Shown here one piece after another: positions 47,232 through 56,773 of a stretch of 64,000 nt of DNA. Source of the stretch: Bacteroidales bacterium. Lineage in GTDB: Bacteria; Bacteroidota; Bacteroidia; Bacteroidales; JAAUTT01. Made by a program: the position numbers and the translations under genes. Each line of letters starts with the position of its first letter. Within the stretch, counting starts at the first letter, position 1. Location: the NCBI GenBank assembly GCA_036261135.1, contig DATALJ010000252.1, forward strand, positions 13,180 through 77,179, written 5' to 3'. The notes beneath the pieces were generated by a model. That model was not told the origin of the DNA. It saw only the letters and a list, made by a program, of their open reading frames with translations, and searched no databases.

Positions 47232-48161
47232 ATGCTCACATTTTGGAAACAAGATAACGGACTAAAGCAATTAAAGAAATATGAAAAAAATTCCTGGATT
47301 AATGTAGTAGCTCCTACGCAGGAAGAAATTAGTTACTTAACAGATATACAAAGAGTTCCTCTTGATTTTATTACCGATATTCTCGATATCGACGAACGTT
47401 CACGTTCGGAAGTTGAAGGACGCTGGTTACTTATAATTATTCGAATTCCGGTACATAGCAAGCAGACCGGAGTTCCTTATTATACCATTCCGCTGGGTGT
47501 CCTTATTTCAATGAATTGCATCATTACCATTTGTCTGAACGAGAATGATGTGCTTCGTGATATATTTTTGCTTCCCAAATACAGGTATATCAACCTTCAG
47601 AATAAAGTTTCGTTTGTTTTACAATTGTTTTTGAGTTCTGCAACATGCTATTTGCGTTACCTCAAGGATATAAACCGGATTAACAACGATATCGAAAATG
47701 AATTGGTAAAATCAGCCAAAAACAAAGAACTTCACTATCTGCTGAAGATGGAAAAGTGTCTGGTGTATTTTGTTACTTCGCTAAAATCTAATGAGTTGCT
47801 ACTGCATAAGTTGCAACGATCCAGGCTCGTAATTAACCAGGAAGTAGATGAGGACCTGATGGAAGACGTAATTACCGAGTACAAACAAGCCATTGAGATA
47901 TCCAAGATTTACAGCGATATTCAGGCTGGCATGATGGACACCTTTGCTTCGGTTATTTCTAACAACGTGAATTTTGTAATGAAGCAGCTTACTTCAGTTA
48001 CTATTATATTAATGATTCCTACGTTAATAGCCAGCTTGTACGGAATGAACGTTCCAAACTTTCTGGAGGGAAATAAATACGCCTTCTGGATCATTCTGGC
48101 ATTTACTTCTTTTATAACCTTTCTGGGCGTATTGTTTTTCAGAAGAAGGAACTGGTTTTAG
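47232..48161 (+). CDS. corA: CorA-family magnesium/cobalt transporter
   Basis: C-terminal two TMs with LYGMNVP (the YGMN motif). The start is taken at the ATG at 47232 rather than the TTG at 47196. Confidence 0.85.
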   Translation: MLTFWKQDNGLKQLKKYEKNSWINVVAPTQEEISYLTDIQRVPLDFITDILDIDERSRSEVEGRWLLIIIRIPVHSKQTGVPYYTIPLGVLISMNCIITICLNENDVLRDIFLLPKYRYINLQNKVSFVLQLFLSSATCYLRYLKDINRINNDIENELVKSAKNKELHYLLKMEKCLVYFVTSLKSNELLLHKLQRSRLVINQEVDEDLMEDVITEYKQAIEISKIYSDIQAGMMDTFASVISNNVNFVMKQLTSVTIILMIPTLIASLYGMNVPNFLEGNKYAFWIILAFTSFITFLGVLFFRRRNWF

Positions 48162-48634
48162 TCCTGTTTTGCTGGAACAAACTGAAGAGCTACTGAATTG
48201 ATACAGTACCTGAGGTGAGTAGGAGGGGGACCATCTGGGAAAACATGCCCCAAATGCGCTCCACATTTGGCGCACAGAACCTCTGTACGCTCCATTCCAT
48301 GGCTGGTATCGCGTTTTTCTTTAATGGCGGCTTTATCGGTTTGGGAAAATGCGGGCCATCCACATCCTGAGTTGTATTTATGGTTCGATTCGAATAGTTT
48401 GCTTTTACAACAAACGCAAACATAATAACCTTTCTCAAAGAAAAGGTCGTATTCTCCTGTAAACGGGCTTTCAGTTCCCTTTTCCTGGGTTACAAAATAC
48501 TGGAGAGGCGTTAATTGTTTCTTCCAGTCTTCTTTACTTTTCGTTACGGTATCCTTTGCGTCCATATTTTTTCCTTTCTCCTGGCAATTTGCAGAAATGG
48601 TTATCATCATTAATATAACAAAGTGGAATTTCAT
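48158..48634 (-). CDS. msrB: Peptide-methionine (R)-S-oxide reductase MsrB with N-terminal signal-like sequence
   Basis: CVCC...SGCGWPAF...[22 protein letters not shown]-terminal [17 protein letters not shown]. Confidence 0.9.
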   Translation of the reverse strand: MKFHFVILMMITISANCQEKGKNMDAKDTVTKSKEDWKKQLTPLQYFVTQEKGTESPFTGEYDLFFEKGYYVCVCCKSKLFESNHKYNSGCGWPAFSQTDKAAIKEKRDTSHGMERTEVLCAKCGAHLGHVFPDGPPPTHLRYCINSVALQFVPAKQD

Positions 48635-48761
48635 CCTAATCCTTTTATAAGTTAAACAATGCGCTATACTTAAAGTTCAGTAAGGGTATATCGCTTAATT
48701 TTACTATATTGTGTGACCGAAACAGAAGCCATTTCGGACCATTTACATAAAAATCACGATC

Positions 48762-49349
48762 ATGTATACCATAGACGAAACCCTGTCACGATGCCCCTGG
48801 CATAAAGGAAATACACTGGCAATAGCCTATCACGACACCGAATGGGGCACACCCCTTCACGGCGAAAAAAAGCACTTCGAATTCCTTGTACTCGATGCCT
48901 TTCAGGCAGGGTTGAGCTGGAACACCATATTGAACAAGCGTGAAAACTTTCGGAAAGCTTTTGATGAATTCAATTACGAGAAAATAGCCAAATACAATCA
49001 GGACAAAATTAATGCGCTGCTTTCCGATGCTGGAATTATCCGTAACAAGCTTAAAATAGAAGCAACCATTTCTAATGCATCTGCTTTTATCAAAATTCAG
49101 GAAAAATTCGGAAGTTTCGATGCGTATATCTGGCGTTTTGTAGATGGTTCTCCCATTGTTGGTACTTATAGCAACTTAAAGGAGATACCCCCCAAAACTG
49201 CACTTTCGGATAAAATAAGCAAAGATTTAATTCAACACGGGTTCCGGTTCGTCGGATCAACAATTATATATGCATACATGCAGGCAGCTGGTTTGGTAAA
49301 CGACCATTTGGTGGATTGCTTCAGGTACGAACAGTTAAAGAATGCATAG
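48762..49349 (+). CDS. tag: DNA-3-methyladenine glycosylase I
   Basis: RCPW, YHDTEWGTPLH, LDAFQAGLSW and LVNDHLVDCF. Confidence 0.9.
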   Translation: MYTIDETLSRCPWHKGNTLAIAYHDTEWGTPLHGEKKHFEFLVLDAFQAGLSWNTILNKRENFRKAFDEFNYEKIAKYNQDKINALLSDAGIIRNKLKIEATISNASAFIKIQEKFGSFDAYIWRFVDGSPIVGTYSNLKEIPPKTALSDKISKDLIQHGFRFVGSTIIYAYMQAAGLVNDHLVDCFRYEQLKNA

Positions 49350-49513
49350 CGAAGTTGTTTAATTTAGTCAATGAAATTCAATGTCTTACATTAAAAAACG
49401 CGTATTTACTAAAATAAATCCGGGAAGCATGTAACTTTTAACATTATACCTGAGTAAAAATTATAGTTTTTTTGTGGTATATCAAAATGTGTTTTATATC
49501 CGGTATATAACGA

Positions 49514-51781
49514 ATGAAAACCCTCAACAAAAGCTCTATTAGAACAAACTTGGTATTGCTGGTATTGCTTATACTGGTTCCTTTGTTTGCTATTATTCTA
49601 TATTCGTCGTACGAGCAAAAGCAACATGCTATTGAATATGCATCGCAAAATGCCATAAGGGTTGCCCGCAATTTGGCTCAGCAACAGAAATTTGTTGAAG
49701 AGAACACAAAACAGTTATTGGGTGTTTTAAGTCAGATCCCCGATATAAGATATCCCAAAGATTCGTCTCGAATCAATTCATTGCTAAAACATATAATGAA
49801 GCAGAATCCTTCGTATGCCGTACTACTACAGGTAGATAGCAGAGGAGAGCTTATCGCGTCGGGCTTGGGAGTCGCAAAGTTGAATGTCAAGGACCGTAAA
49901 TATTTCAAAGACGTTATGCGTACCAAATCGTTTTCGGTAGGTGAATACACTAAAAGTCGCTTAACACGTTTGCCCGTTCTGCATTATGCATATCCTATCC
50001 TTTCGGCTGACCGTCGGGTCGAATCCGTATTAATTGCATCTTTTGACCTGAGCTATTACAACAATGTTTTTAAATCAGCGAATTTGGGAAATGATGCTAT
50101 ATTCACGTTTATCGATCACAGAGGTACCATCATGTACCACTCTCCCAATGCAAAAATAATAAACGGTGTTAGAGAACGATCTGAAATCCTCGATTATACA
50201 ATTAATAGTGACAAACAGGAGGATACCTTTGTTGCGGAATCCAACGACAGCACCAGAAGGCTGTATGGCTACTGTAACCTGAATCTGCCCGACCAGCAAA
50301 CCTATATGACCATATACGTTGGAATTCCTTTAAAGCAGGCATTAGCCCAATTTCAGGAAGCACTCACAAAATATACACTCATATGGGTTATAGCCGGTAT
50401 TCTTATTATGATCTGTGCTTTTCTATTTGCCAGGAAAGTTATTATTAAGCCTATTGATAAGCTTGTAGTTACGGCAGGTACAATCGCTGAGGGCAATCTC
50501 GATGTTCGTTCGGGAATTTCCGATTCCTCTTCTGAATTCGGGAAATTGGCCAAGGCTATCGACGAAATGACCGAAAAACTTCAATTAAGAGAGTTTGAAC
50601 GTTACAGGGCGGAAAAAGAACTGAAAAAATTAAAGGAGCGGTTCGAATTAGCTGTGAATTCAGCCAAAATAGGGATTTGGGATTGGCATATCCGAAATAA
50701 TATGCTCATTTGGGATAAAAATATGTTCGAGTTGTATGAGCTTGAGCCAACACGCTTCTCGAACCAGATTTCGGGATGGGAAGCGCTTATTTATCCCGAC
50801 GATCTTCCTAAGTTCAGAGAAGACATCCAGCTGTCGATTAAGCAAAAAATACCGTTCAGAAGTGAATTCAGGGTAAAAACACAAACAAAAAATCTGAAGC
50901 ATATCCGGATTTTCGCTGACGTTATTCTGGATAAGGAGTCAAAACCTGTGCGGCTAATAGGTGTAAACTGGGATATTTCTGAACGTAAGAACTTCGAAAA
51001 ACGCATGCGCCAGGCACGTGAGAAAGCCGAAACAAGCGACAAACTGAAATCAACATTCCTCGCCAATATTTCGCACGAAATCAGAACCCCGATTCATGGA
51101 ATCATTGGTTTTGCTCAAATACTCAAAAGTCCCCAAATTCCTGAAGCAGAGCGTAGACAATACCTCGATATTATTATTCATAATGGGAATAGCTTAATGG
51201 ATACCGTATCGAATATTATTGATATTTCGATGCTGGATGCAGGTCAGTTGAAGCTTATTGAAAAACAGGGCGATCTGAATCAGATTGTAAAAGAGGTGTA
51301 CAATAGTTTTGTGTCCATCAAAATACAGGCGAATAAGAATTTCAACTTCATACTGGATAAGAATTTCGAAACAGAAGAAATGTCTCTTTTTATTGATGAA
51401 TTCCGGGTGAAACAGATATTTTCGAATTTATTAGACAATGCATTTAAATTCACCAATATAGGTGAGGTTCGCATGGGGTATCGTTGCGCTAACGATGAAT
51501 GTGTATGTTATGTTAAAGATACAGGCATAGGCGTTAAGAAAGAAAATGCACAACGGATATTTGATCGGTTTAAACAAGTGGATGAAGGCTATAACCGCAC
51601 TTATAGTGGGAACGGATTAGGCCTTTCTATTTGCAAAGGCTTGGTGGAGCTAATGGGCGGAAAAATATGGCTCGAACAAAATGAATTTGGCTCTGAATTT
51701 TACTTTACCCTACCCTTAAAACATATGGCCGAAACAAATAGCTTTACTCTTAATGAGCAGAGCGATCATTTGTTCAATTAA
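49514..51781 (+). CDS. Sensor histidine kinase (Cache-like periplasmic domain, HAMP, PAS, HisKA/HATPase)
   Basis: TM, about 270 aa of periplasmic sequence, TM, then HAMP (IKPIDKLVVTAGTIAEGNLDVR) and PAS (GIWDWHIRNNMLIWDKNMFELY). H-box FLANISHEIRTPIHGIIGF, LLDNAFKFT, DTGIGV and GNGLGLSI. No receiver domain. Confidence 0.9.
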   Translation: MKTLNKSSIRTNLVLLVLLILVPLFAIILYSSYEQKQHAIEYASQNAIRVARNLAQQQKFVEENTKQLLGVLSQIPDIRYPKDSSRINSLLKHIMKQNPSYAVLLQVDSRGELIASGLGVAKLNVKDRKYFKDVMRTKSFSVGEYTKSRLTRLPVLHYAYPILSADRRVESVLIASFDLSYYNNVFKSANLGNDAIFTFIDHRGTIMYHSPNAKIINGVRERSEILDYTINSDKQEDTFVAESNDSTRRLYGYCNLNLPDQQTYMTIYVGIPLKQALAQFQEALTKYTLIWVIAGILIMICAFLFARKVIIKPIDKLVVTAGTIAEGNLDVRSGISDSSSEFGKLAKAIDEMTEKLQLREFERYRAEKELKKLKERFELAVNSAKIGIWDWHIRNNMLIWDKNMFELYELEPTRFSNQISGWEALIYPDDLPKFREDIQLSIKQKIPFRSEFRVKTQTKNLKHIRIFADVILDKESKPVRLIGVNWDISERKNFEKRMRQAREKAETSDKLKSTFLANISHEIRTPIHGIIGFAQILKSPQIPEAERRQYLDIIIHNGNSLMDTVSNIIDISMLDAGQLKLIEKQGDLNQIVKEVYNSFVSIKIQANKNFNFILDKNFETEEMSLFIDEFRVKQIFSNLLDNAFKFTNIGEVRMGYRCANDECVCYVKDTGIGVKKENAQRIFDRFKQVDEGYNRTYSGNGLGLSICKGLVELMGGKIWLEQNEFGSEFYFTLPLKHMAETNSFTLNEQSDHLFN

Positions 51782-51785
51782 ACAA

Positions 51786-52169
51786 TTATTTATTGGTTAA
51801 ATATTTTTCGATAGTGGAGAGCAGTAAGTTATGACTTATAGGCTTGGCTAAATAGTCGTTGCATCCTGCATTCAGGCATTTGGTTTTATCTTCAGACATA
51901 GCGTAGGCCGTTTGTGCAATAATAGGTATATCCTTATTGGTTTGTCTTATTTTCCGGGTTGCAGTAATTCCGTCCATTTCTGGCATTTTAATATCCATGA
52001 GAATCAAATCGACATCATGTTGATTGATTAATTCCAAAACATCTTTCCCATCTCTGGCCCATATGAGTTGGGCTTTTGTATCTTCAAGAATGGCTTCTAC
52101 AAAGAGATAATTTGTTTCTTCGTCCTCTGCAATTAGAATTTTCCTAGAGTCCCAGCAGTATTTTTCCAT
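51786..52169 (-). CDS. Stand-alone response-regulator receiver protein
   Basis: ILIAEDEETN, LILMDIKMPEMDG and LAKP. Convergent with the kinase gene, separated by only 4 nt. Confidence 0.85.
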   Translation of the reverse strand: MEKYCWDSRKILIAEDEETNYLFVEAILEDTKAQLIWARDGKDVLELINQHDVDLILMDIKMPEMDGITATRKIRQTNKDIPIIAQTAYAMSEDKTKCLNAGCNDYLAKPISHNLLLSTIEKYLTNK

Positions 52170-52507
52170 GGAGTACCCAATTATGTAAAAAGGTTTTTTG
52201 GTTTTTAAACGAGGAGTAATTTAGTAATGATTTTTTACATTTCAAATGTTAAACTCGAATTTAAAAATGGAATACTTTATCCAAGTATATCTTTATGAAT
52301 AGTTTCTGCTTTATAGTAAATGTCGTGTAAAGCATTGTGAAATAGAAATTAACTTTTTGATTAATTGATAATTATGTTCTATACTTAATGTACTTATTAA
52401 GGTGAGAATCGTCACCATTCCTCTTAATTAAAGTCATCTTACTTCAATAATTAATCTCACCAAAAAAAACTGGAAATCGCTTTTCAGTTAACGTATATTT
52501 GTATAGA

Positions 52508-52650
52508 AAAAAGAACATAACGAGAGAAAAGAGAGTAGTAGTTTTCAATATAAAAAGGGGTATTTTTTCATAGGTTTTTGGTTAGTAGTTTTAATTAAGG
52601 TAAATTTTAGGGTTTTCTCCGGGGGGTGGTTCCCCCGGAGTTTTTATTTT
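52508..52650 (+). ncRNA. Candidate small RNA (about 140 nt) inferred from a -7-like box and an orphan intrinsic terminator
   Basis: TATATTTG at 52494-52501, and a canonical terminator at 52617-52650 on the + strand. There is no + strand ORF upstream. No ATG lies between the box and the terminator. Direct repeat tagtagtttt at 52535 and 52582. Confidence 0.25.
52617..52650 (+). terminator. Canonical rho-independent terminator, + strand orientation
   Basis: ctccggggg / cccccggag forms a 9-bp GC-rich stem with loop gtggtt, followed by TTTTTATTTT. Confidence 0.7.
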
Positions 52651-52663
52651 GTACCAATGGTCT

Positions 52664-53245
52664 TTACCTTTTTACAATCCCGTAAAAAATAACTTCTATT
52701 AAATGATTGATGTGCACCTCGTAATTCTTGAAGTACGAATTTTTAAATAAAGGAACTTCAAGGCCCTTCATAGCTGTAACAATGGCAATAGCGGTTAAGT
52801 TGGTCTCTTCTATTTTAAATAGATTCTGCTTTACCCCTTCGCGCAGGAAACCTTCCAACATTTCAATTTCATCTTTGTCGTATTTTTCGCGTGCTTTATT
52901 TATAAAATCGAGATTCGATAAAAGCTCACTCTTAATGGCTTCATAAAAATTAACCATATCGCGCAACGTTTTCATGCGTACGGTAACGTATACACGAAAC
53001 TTTTCGATAGGATCGTCTATTTTTGAAATGGCTTTCAGTATGGAATCGCGAAGAAGTTCAGCTTCTTTCTCTATTACAGCTTTATATATTTCTTCTTTGC
53101 CTGGATAATAGTAGTAAATAGAACTTTTGCCTTTTCCAATGCCTTGTGCAATTTCTTCCATTGTGGTTTTACGAAAACCATATTTACTGAAAATTTTTCG
53201 CGCTGTATCGATTATCTGACCGCGAATTTCTTCTTTTTCAACCAT
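52664..53245 (-). CDS. TetR/AcrR-family transcriptional regulator
   Basis: N-terminal HTH: IIDTARKIFSKYGFRKTTMEEIAQGIGKGKSSIYYYYPGKEEIY. Confidence 0.9.
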   Translation of the reverse strand: MVEKEEIRGQIIDTARKIFSKYGFRKTTMEEIAQGIGKGKSSIYYYYPGKEEIYKAVIEKEAELLRDSILKAISKIDDPIEKFRVYVTVRMKTLRDMVNFYEAIKSELLSNLDFINKAREKYDKDEIEMLEGFLREGVKQNLFKIEETNLTAIAIVTAMKGLEVPLFKNSYFKNYEVHINHLIEVIFYGIVKR

Positions 53246-53363
53246 TTTTGTTCAATTTGTTTATGATACAAAGTTAGAATCTGCATTTTAACAAACAAAT
53301 TTTATTGGAATTTTATGTTCGAAAAGTCGAAAATTCGCATGAAGGAACTATTTTATTTTCCTT

Positions 53364-53371
53364 TACATTTG
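53364..53371 (+). promoter_or_regulatory. -7 box TAcaTTTG 4 nt upstream of the U32 gene start
   Basis: TACATTTG at 53364-53371 and GTG start at 53376. No matching -33 TTTG was seen. Confidence 0.3.
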
Positions 53372-53375
53372 CAGT

Positions 53376-55214
53376 GTGAAAAATAACGCAATATCATATC
53401 TTGAACTTTTAGCTCCGGCGCGCGATTTTGAGTATGGCAAAGCTGCAGTCGATCATGGTGCCGATGCTATATATATAGGTGCCCCACGGTTTGGTGCCCG
53501 TTCTGCAGCAGGGAATTCAATTGCTGAAATCGAAAAGTTGGTTGTATACGCGCATTTATACCGTGTAAAGGTTTATGTTACGCTTAATACAATATTATTC
53601 GACGATGAAATGGAAGATGCCCGTTCAATTATTCAATCGTTATATAATATAGGCGTTGATGGTATTATCATTCAGGATATGGGGCTGCTTGAGCTAGATT
53701 TGCCCGATATTCCTATTATAGCTAGTACACAAACTCATAATACAACACCCGAAAAAGTCAAATTCCTCGAGTCATTGGGTATTCAGAGGGTTATACTGGC
53801 TCGCGAGCTTAGTTTACATCAGATAAGGGAAATCAGAGATCATACAACGGTTGAATTGGAATCGTTTGTTCACGGAGCGCTTTGTGTGTCGTACAGCGGA
53901 CAATGTTACATGAGCGAGGCAATTTGCGGACGCAGTGGCAACCGTGGCTTGTGTGCACAGCCTTGTCGTTCATCTTACGATCTGACGGATGGAAGTGGAA
54001 ATGTTGTTGTTCAAAACAAACACCTCTTATCGCTAAAGGATTTAAACCTTTCGGCTTACCTCGAGGACTTAATGGATGCGGGCATCCGCTCTTTCAAAAT
54101 TGAAGGCCGGTTAAAAGATATAACCTACGTAAAGAATGTTGTTTCCTGGTACCGAACAAGGATAGATGCTATATTGGAAACGAAGAGCGGCTTACAGAAG
54201 TCTTCTTCGGGAAAGAGCGACATATCATTTCAACCGGACTCGGAACGAAGCTTTAATCGTGGTTTTACCTCGTATTTTATTAACGGTCGAAAGGAAAAGA
54301 CCGGATCGCCTAATACACAGAAATCCCTAGGAAAGCGGCTGGGGTATGTTCTCGAAAAGGGAACGGATTGGATAAAAGTGGATTGCGACGGCATTTCCAA
54401 TGGCGATGGTTTGTGTTTCTTCGGCAGCGATGATAAGCTGTATGGGTTCGCTGTTCAGAAGGTAATAAACAACAAGGTTTTCGTTGAACAAACCACGAAT
54501 TTAACGGTAGGTACCGAAATTTTCCGTAATCACGACCAGAAATTCGAAAAGTCTTTATTATCCGACTGCGCGGAACGAAAAATAGATATAACCTTTACGT
54601 TTAAAGAGGTTTCTGATGGTTTTCAGCTTGAAGCTTTAGACGAAGATGGATACCATGCAGTGGTTTTTCTGAACTACCCTAAAACATTAGCAAAAAACGC
54701 TGAGTTGGCACAGAAATCATTGAAAGACCAGCTTAGTAAACTGGGAGGCTCTGCATTTAATGCATCATCTATCCATATTGAGCTAAGCAATGCATATTTT
54801 TTCCCGGCTAGTGCTATCAATGGCCTGCGACGTGAGGTTATTGAAAAGCTGCAGCAAGTAAGGATAAACGAATACCTGAGAGCGTCAGGTTCAGCGGTAA
54901 AACCTGATCAGAAGCTCCCCAATAAGAAATTAACTTACCTGGGAAATGTTTCCAATAAGTTTGCTGCTCAATTCTATAAAAAAAGAGGTATTGAGGAGAT
55001 AGAACCCGCTTTGGAGCTTACAAAATCGTATGCGGACAAAGTAGTAATGACCACAAAACATTGTATACGCTACCAGCTCGATGCCTGCCCTGTATATCAG
55101 AAAGGAAAAACTGCGCTTACATTACCTTTGTATTTGCGGGATATGCACCATACCTACCGGCTTGACTTTGATTGCAAAAAATGTGAAATGCACGTAATTT
55201 TCGAAGATAAATGA
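53376..55214 (+). CDS. Peptidase U32 family protein (long form with C-terminal extension)
   Basis: ELLAPARDFEYGKAAVDHGADAIYIG, ILARELS, FVHGALCVSYSGQCYMS and CAQPCR are the U32 signature region. About 300 aa of C-terminal extension. Confidence 0.85.
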   Translation: MKNNAISYLELLAPARDFEYGKAAVDHGADAIYIGAPRFGARSAAGNSIAEIEKLVVYAHLYRVKVYVTLNTILFDDEMEDARSIIQSLYNIGVDGIIIQDMGLLELDLPDIPIIASTQTHNTTPEKVKFLESLGIQRVILARELSLHQIREIRDHTTVELESFVHGALCVSYSGQCYMSEAICGRSGNRGLCAQPCRSSYDLTDGSGNVVVQNKHLLSLKDLNLSAYLEDLMDAGIRSFKIEGRLKDITYVKNVVSWYRTRIDAILETKSGLQKSSSGKSDISFQPDSERSFNRGFTSYFINGRKEKTGSPNTQKSLGKRLGYVLEKGTDWIKVDCDGISNGDGLCFFGSDDKLYGFAVQKVINNKVFVEQTTNLTVGTEIFRNHDQKFEKSLLSDCAERKIDITFTFKEVSDGFQLEALDEDGYHAVVFLNYPKTLAKNAELAQKSLKDQLSKLGGSAFNASSIHIELSNAYFFPASAINGLRREVIEKLQQVRINEYLRASGSAVKPDQKLPNKKLTYLGNVSNKFAAQFYKKRGIEEIEPALELTKSYADKVVMTTKHCIRYQLDACPVYQKGKTALTLPLYLRDMHHTYRLDFDCKKCEMHVIFEDK

Positions 55215-56107
55215 ATGGGATAAAAATACTTAAGCCAGCAAACTGGGTGGATTACGAATTGATCGACTCCGGAAATGGAGAGAAATTGGAACGTTTCGGA
55301 AAGTATGTACTTCGTCGCCCTGAGCCTCAGGCTCTATGGGGTAGAAGTATGCCTGAAAGCGAATGGATAAAGTTTGCACATGCAACGTTCAGGCGCGAGA
55401 AATCCCAAAACAAAGACCAGGATAAAGGTATATGGGAGCTTAAGCCTGGGATGCCCGAGCAATGGTACATTCAGTATAGCCTCGAAAATACAGTAATTAA
55501 GCTTCGGCTGGGGTTAACTTCATTTAAACATGTTGGTGTATTTCCGGAGCAGGCCGAAAACTGGGATTATATTTACCGCACTATTTCTTGCTTTCAGCAG
55601 GAGAGTGTGCCAGTATTGAATCTTTTTGCCTATACAGGTGGAGCATCATTGGTAGCTAAGGCTGCTGGAGCCGATGTGGTGCATGTTGATTCTGTAAAAC
55701 AGGTAATAAACTGGTCGGCTGGCAATATGGAGGCCAGTAATCTGAACGGAATACGCTGGGTGGTGGAAGATGCCATGAAGTTTATCCGCCGCGAGGTAAA
55801 GCGTGGAAAAGTTTACAACGGCATTATACTCGATCCGCCTGCTTATGGCCGTGGCCCCGACGGTGAAAAATGGATTCTTGAAGATCAGATTGACGAAATG
55901 ATTGGGCTGTGCAGCAAGTTACTCGAGAAAAACAATGCATTTCTGATATTGAACTTGTACTCCATGGGATTTTCGGCAATCATAGCCGAAAACATCATAC
56001 GATCGCATTTCCCCGATATAAGGGATTTCGAGTGTGGCGAATTATGCGTGCAGGAAAGATCCCAGAGACTATTGCCCCTGGGGATCTTCATGCGCTTTAA
56101 AAGGTAA
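55211..56107 (+). CDS. Class I SAM-dependent methyltransferase (RlmI/RlmK-like RNA methyltransferase fold)
   Basis: ATGA overlap with the U32 gene. LNLFAYTGGASL (SAM motif I-like) and IILDPPAYGRGP (DPP motif). Confidence 0.75.
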   Translation: MNGIKILKPANWVDYELIDSGNGEKLERFGKYVLRRPEPQALWGRSMPESEWIKFAHATFRREKSQNKDQDKGIWELKPGMPEQWYIQYSLENTVIKLRLGLTSFKHVGVFPEQAENWDYIYRTISCFQQESVPVLNLFAYTGGASLVAKAAGADVVHVDSVKQVINWSAGNMEASNLNGIRWVVEDAMKFIRREVKRGKVYNGIILDPPAYGRGPDGEKWILEDQIDEMIGLCSKLLEKNNAFLILNLYSMGFSAIIAENIIRSHFPDIRDFECGELCVQERSQRLLPLGIFMRFKR

Positions 56108-56671
56108 TTAATCTACCTTTATATGTCCCCAGTTCTCGCCCGAACGGATTCGGTTCAGTTGGGTGTGGGTTATCCCAAATTCTTTGGCAATTTTGTATAA
56201 CTTATTCTTCCCACGTTTTAGCTTCAATTTTAACCGGATAACTTCCGTTTCGGTTAATTTTGCGTTGGTGATTCGCCCTTTTTTGTGAGAATTTATTACC
56301 TTTGGATTGACTTTGTTATGCTCTGTTAAATCCTTTTGCGTGACCCATTTCAGGTTTTTGTAATAGTTATTGTCTTTCACAAAGTTTAAGTGGATAACAA
56401 AATTGTGTTTATCCGAAGGTTTTTCACAGAATAATTCTGCTACCAGTCTGTGTACAGGTTTTGTTACTTTATGTTTCCAATCGATATTCGATTTAAAAGT
56501 AAAGTAACGGTATCCTTTAACATTGGCCGATTTTAGAATTTTCCAGCTCTTTGTTTCTGGCTTGAATATCCTCACCCTTCCATAATTCGAGATCTGATAA
56601 TTGTCACTTTCCGATAATTTTTCAAATCTAACATCTCTCCATTCCTCATTCCAATACTCTTTTTCAGCCAT
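56108..56671 (-). CDS. NUMOD4/HNH_3-type homing-endonuclease-like protein with C-terminal HTH
   Basis: NUMOD4-like EEWRDVRF...YQISNYGRVR. HNH_3-like PVHRLVAELF...VIHLNFVKDNNYYKNLKWVTQKDLTEHN. C-terminal IAKEFGITHTQLNRIRSGENW. Confidence 0.7.
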   Translation of the reverse strand: MAEKEYWNEEWRDVRFEKLSESDNYQISNYGRVRIFKPETKSWKILKSANVKGYRYFTFKSNIDWKHKVTKPVHRLVAELFCEKPSDKHNFVIHLNFVKDNNYYKNLKWVTQKDLTEHNKVNPKVINSHKKGRITNAKLTETEVIRLKLKLKRGKNKLYKIAKEFGITHTQLNRIRSGENWGHIKVD

Positions 56672-56705
56672 AAGTTCAGATTAAAAATTTTATCTAACTT
56701 TTCCT

Positions 56706-56713
56706 CAAATATA
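56706..56713 (-). promoter_or_regulatory. -7 box TAtaTTTG (minus strand) upstream of the HNH gene
   Basis: The + strand reads CAAATATA at 56706-56713, 35 nt upstream of the ATG at 56671. Confidence 0.35.
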
Positions 56714-56773
56714 CGCAAAACGTTCCTAAACGGTTTTAAATTTTTCGACTTTTTATGGAGAAAAGATTAAGAA

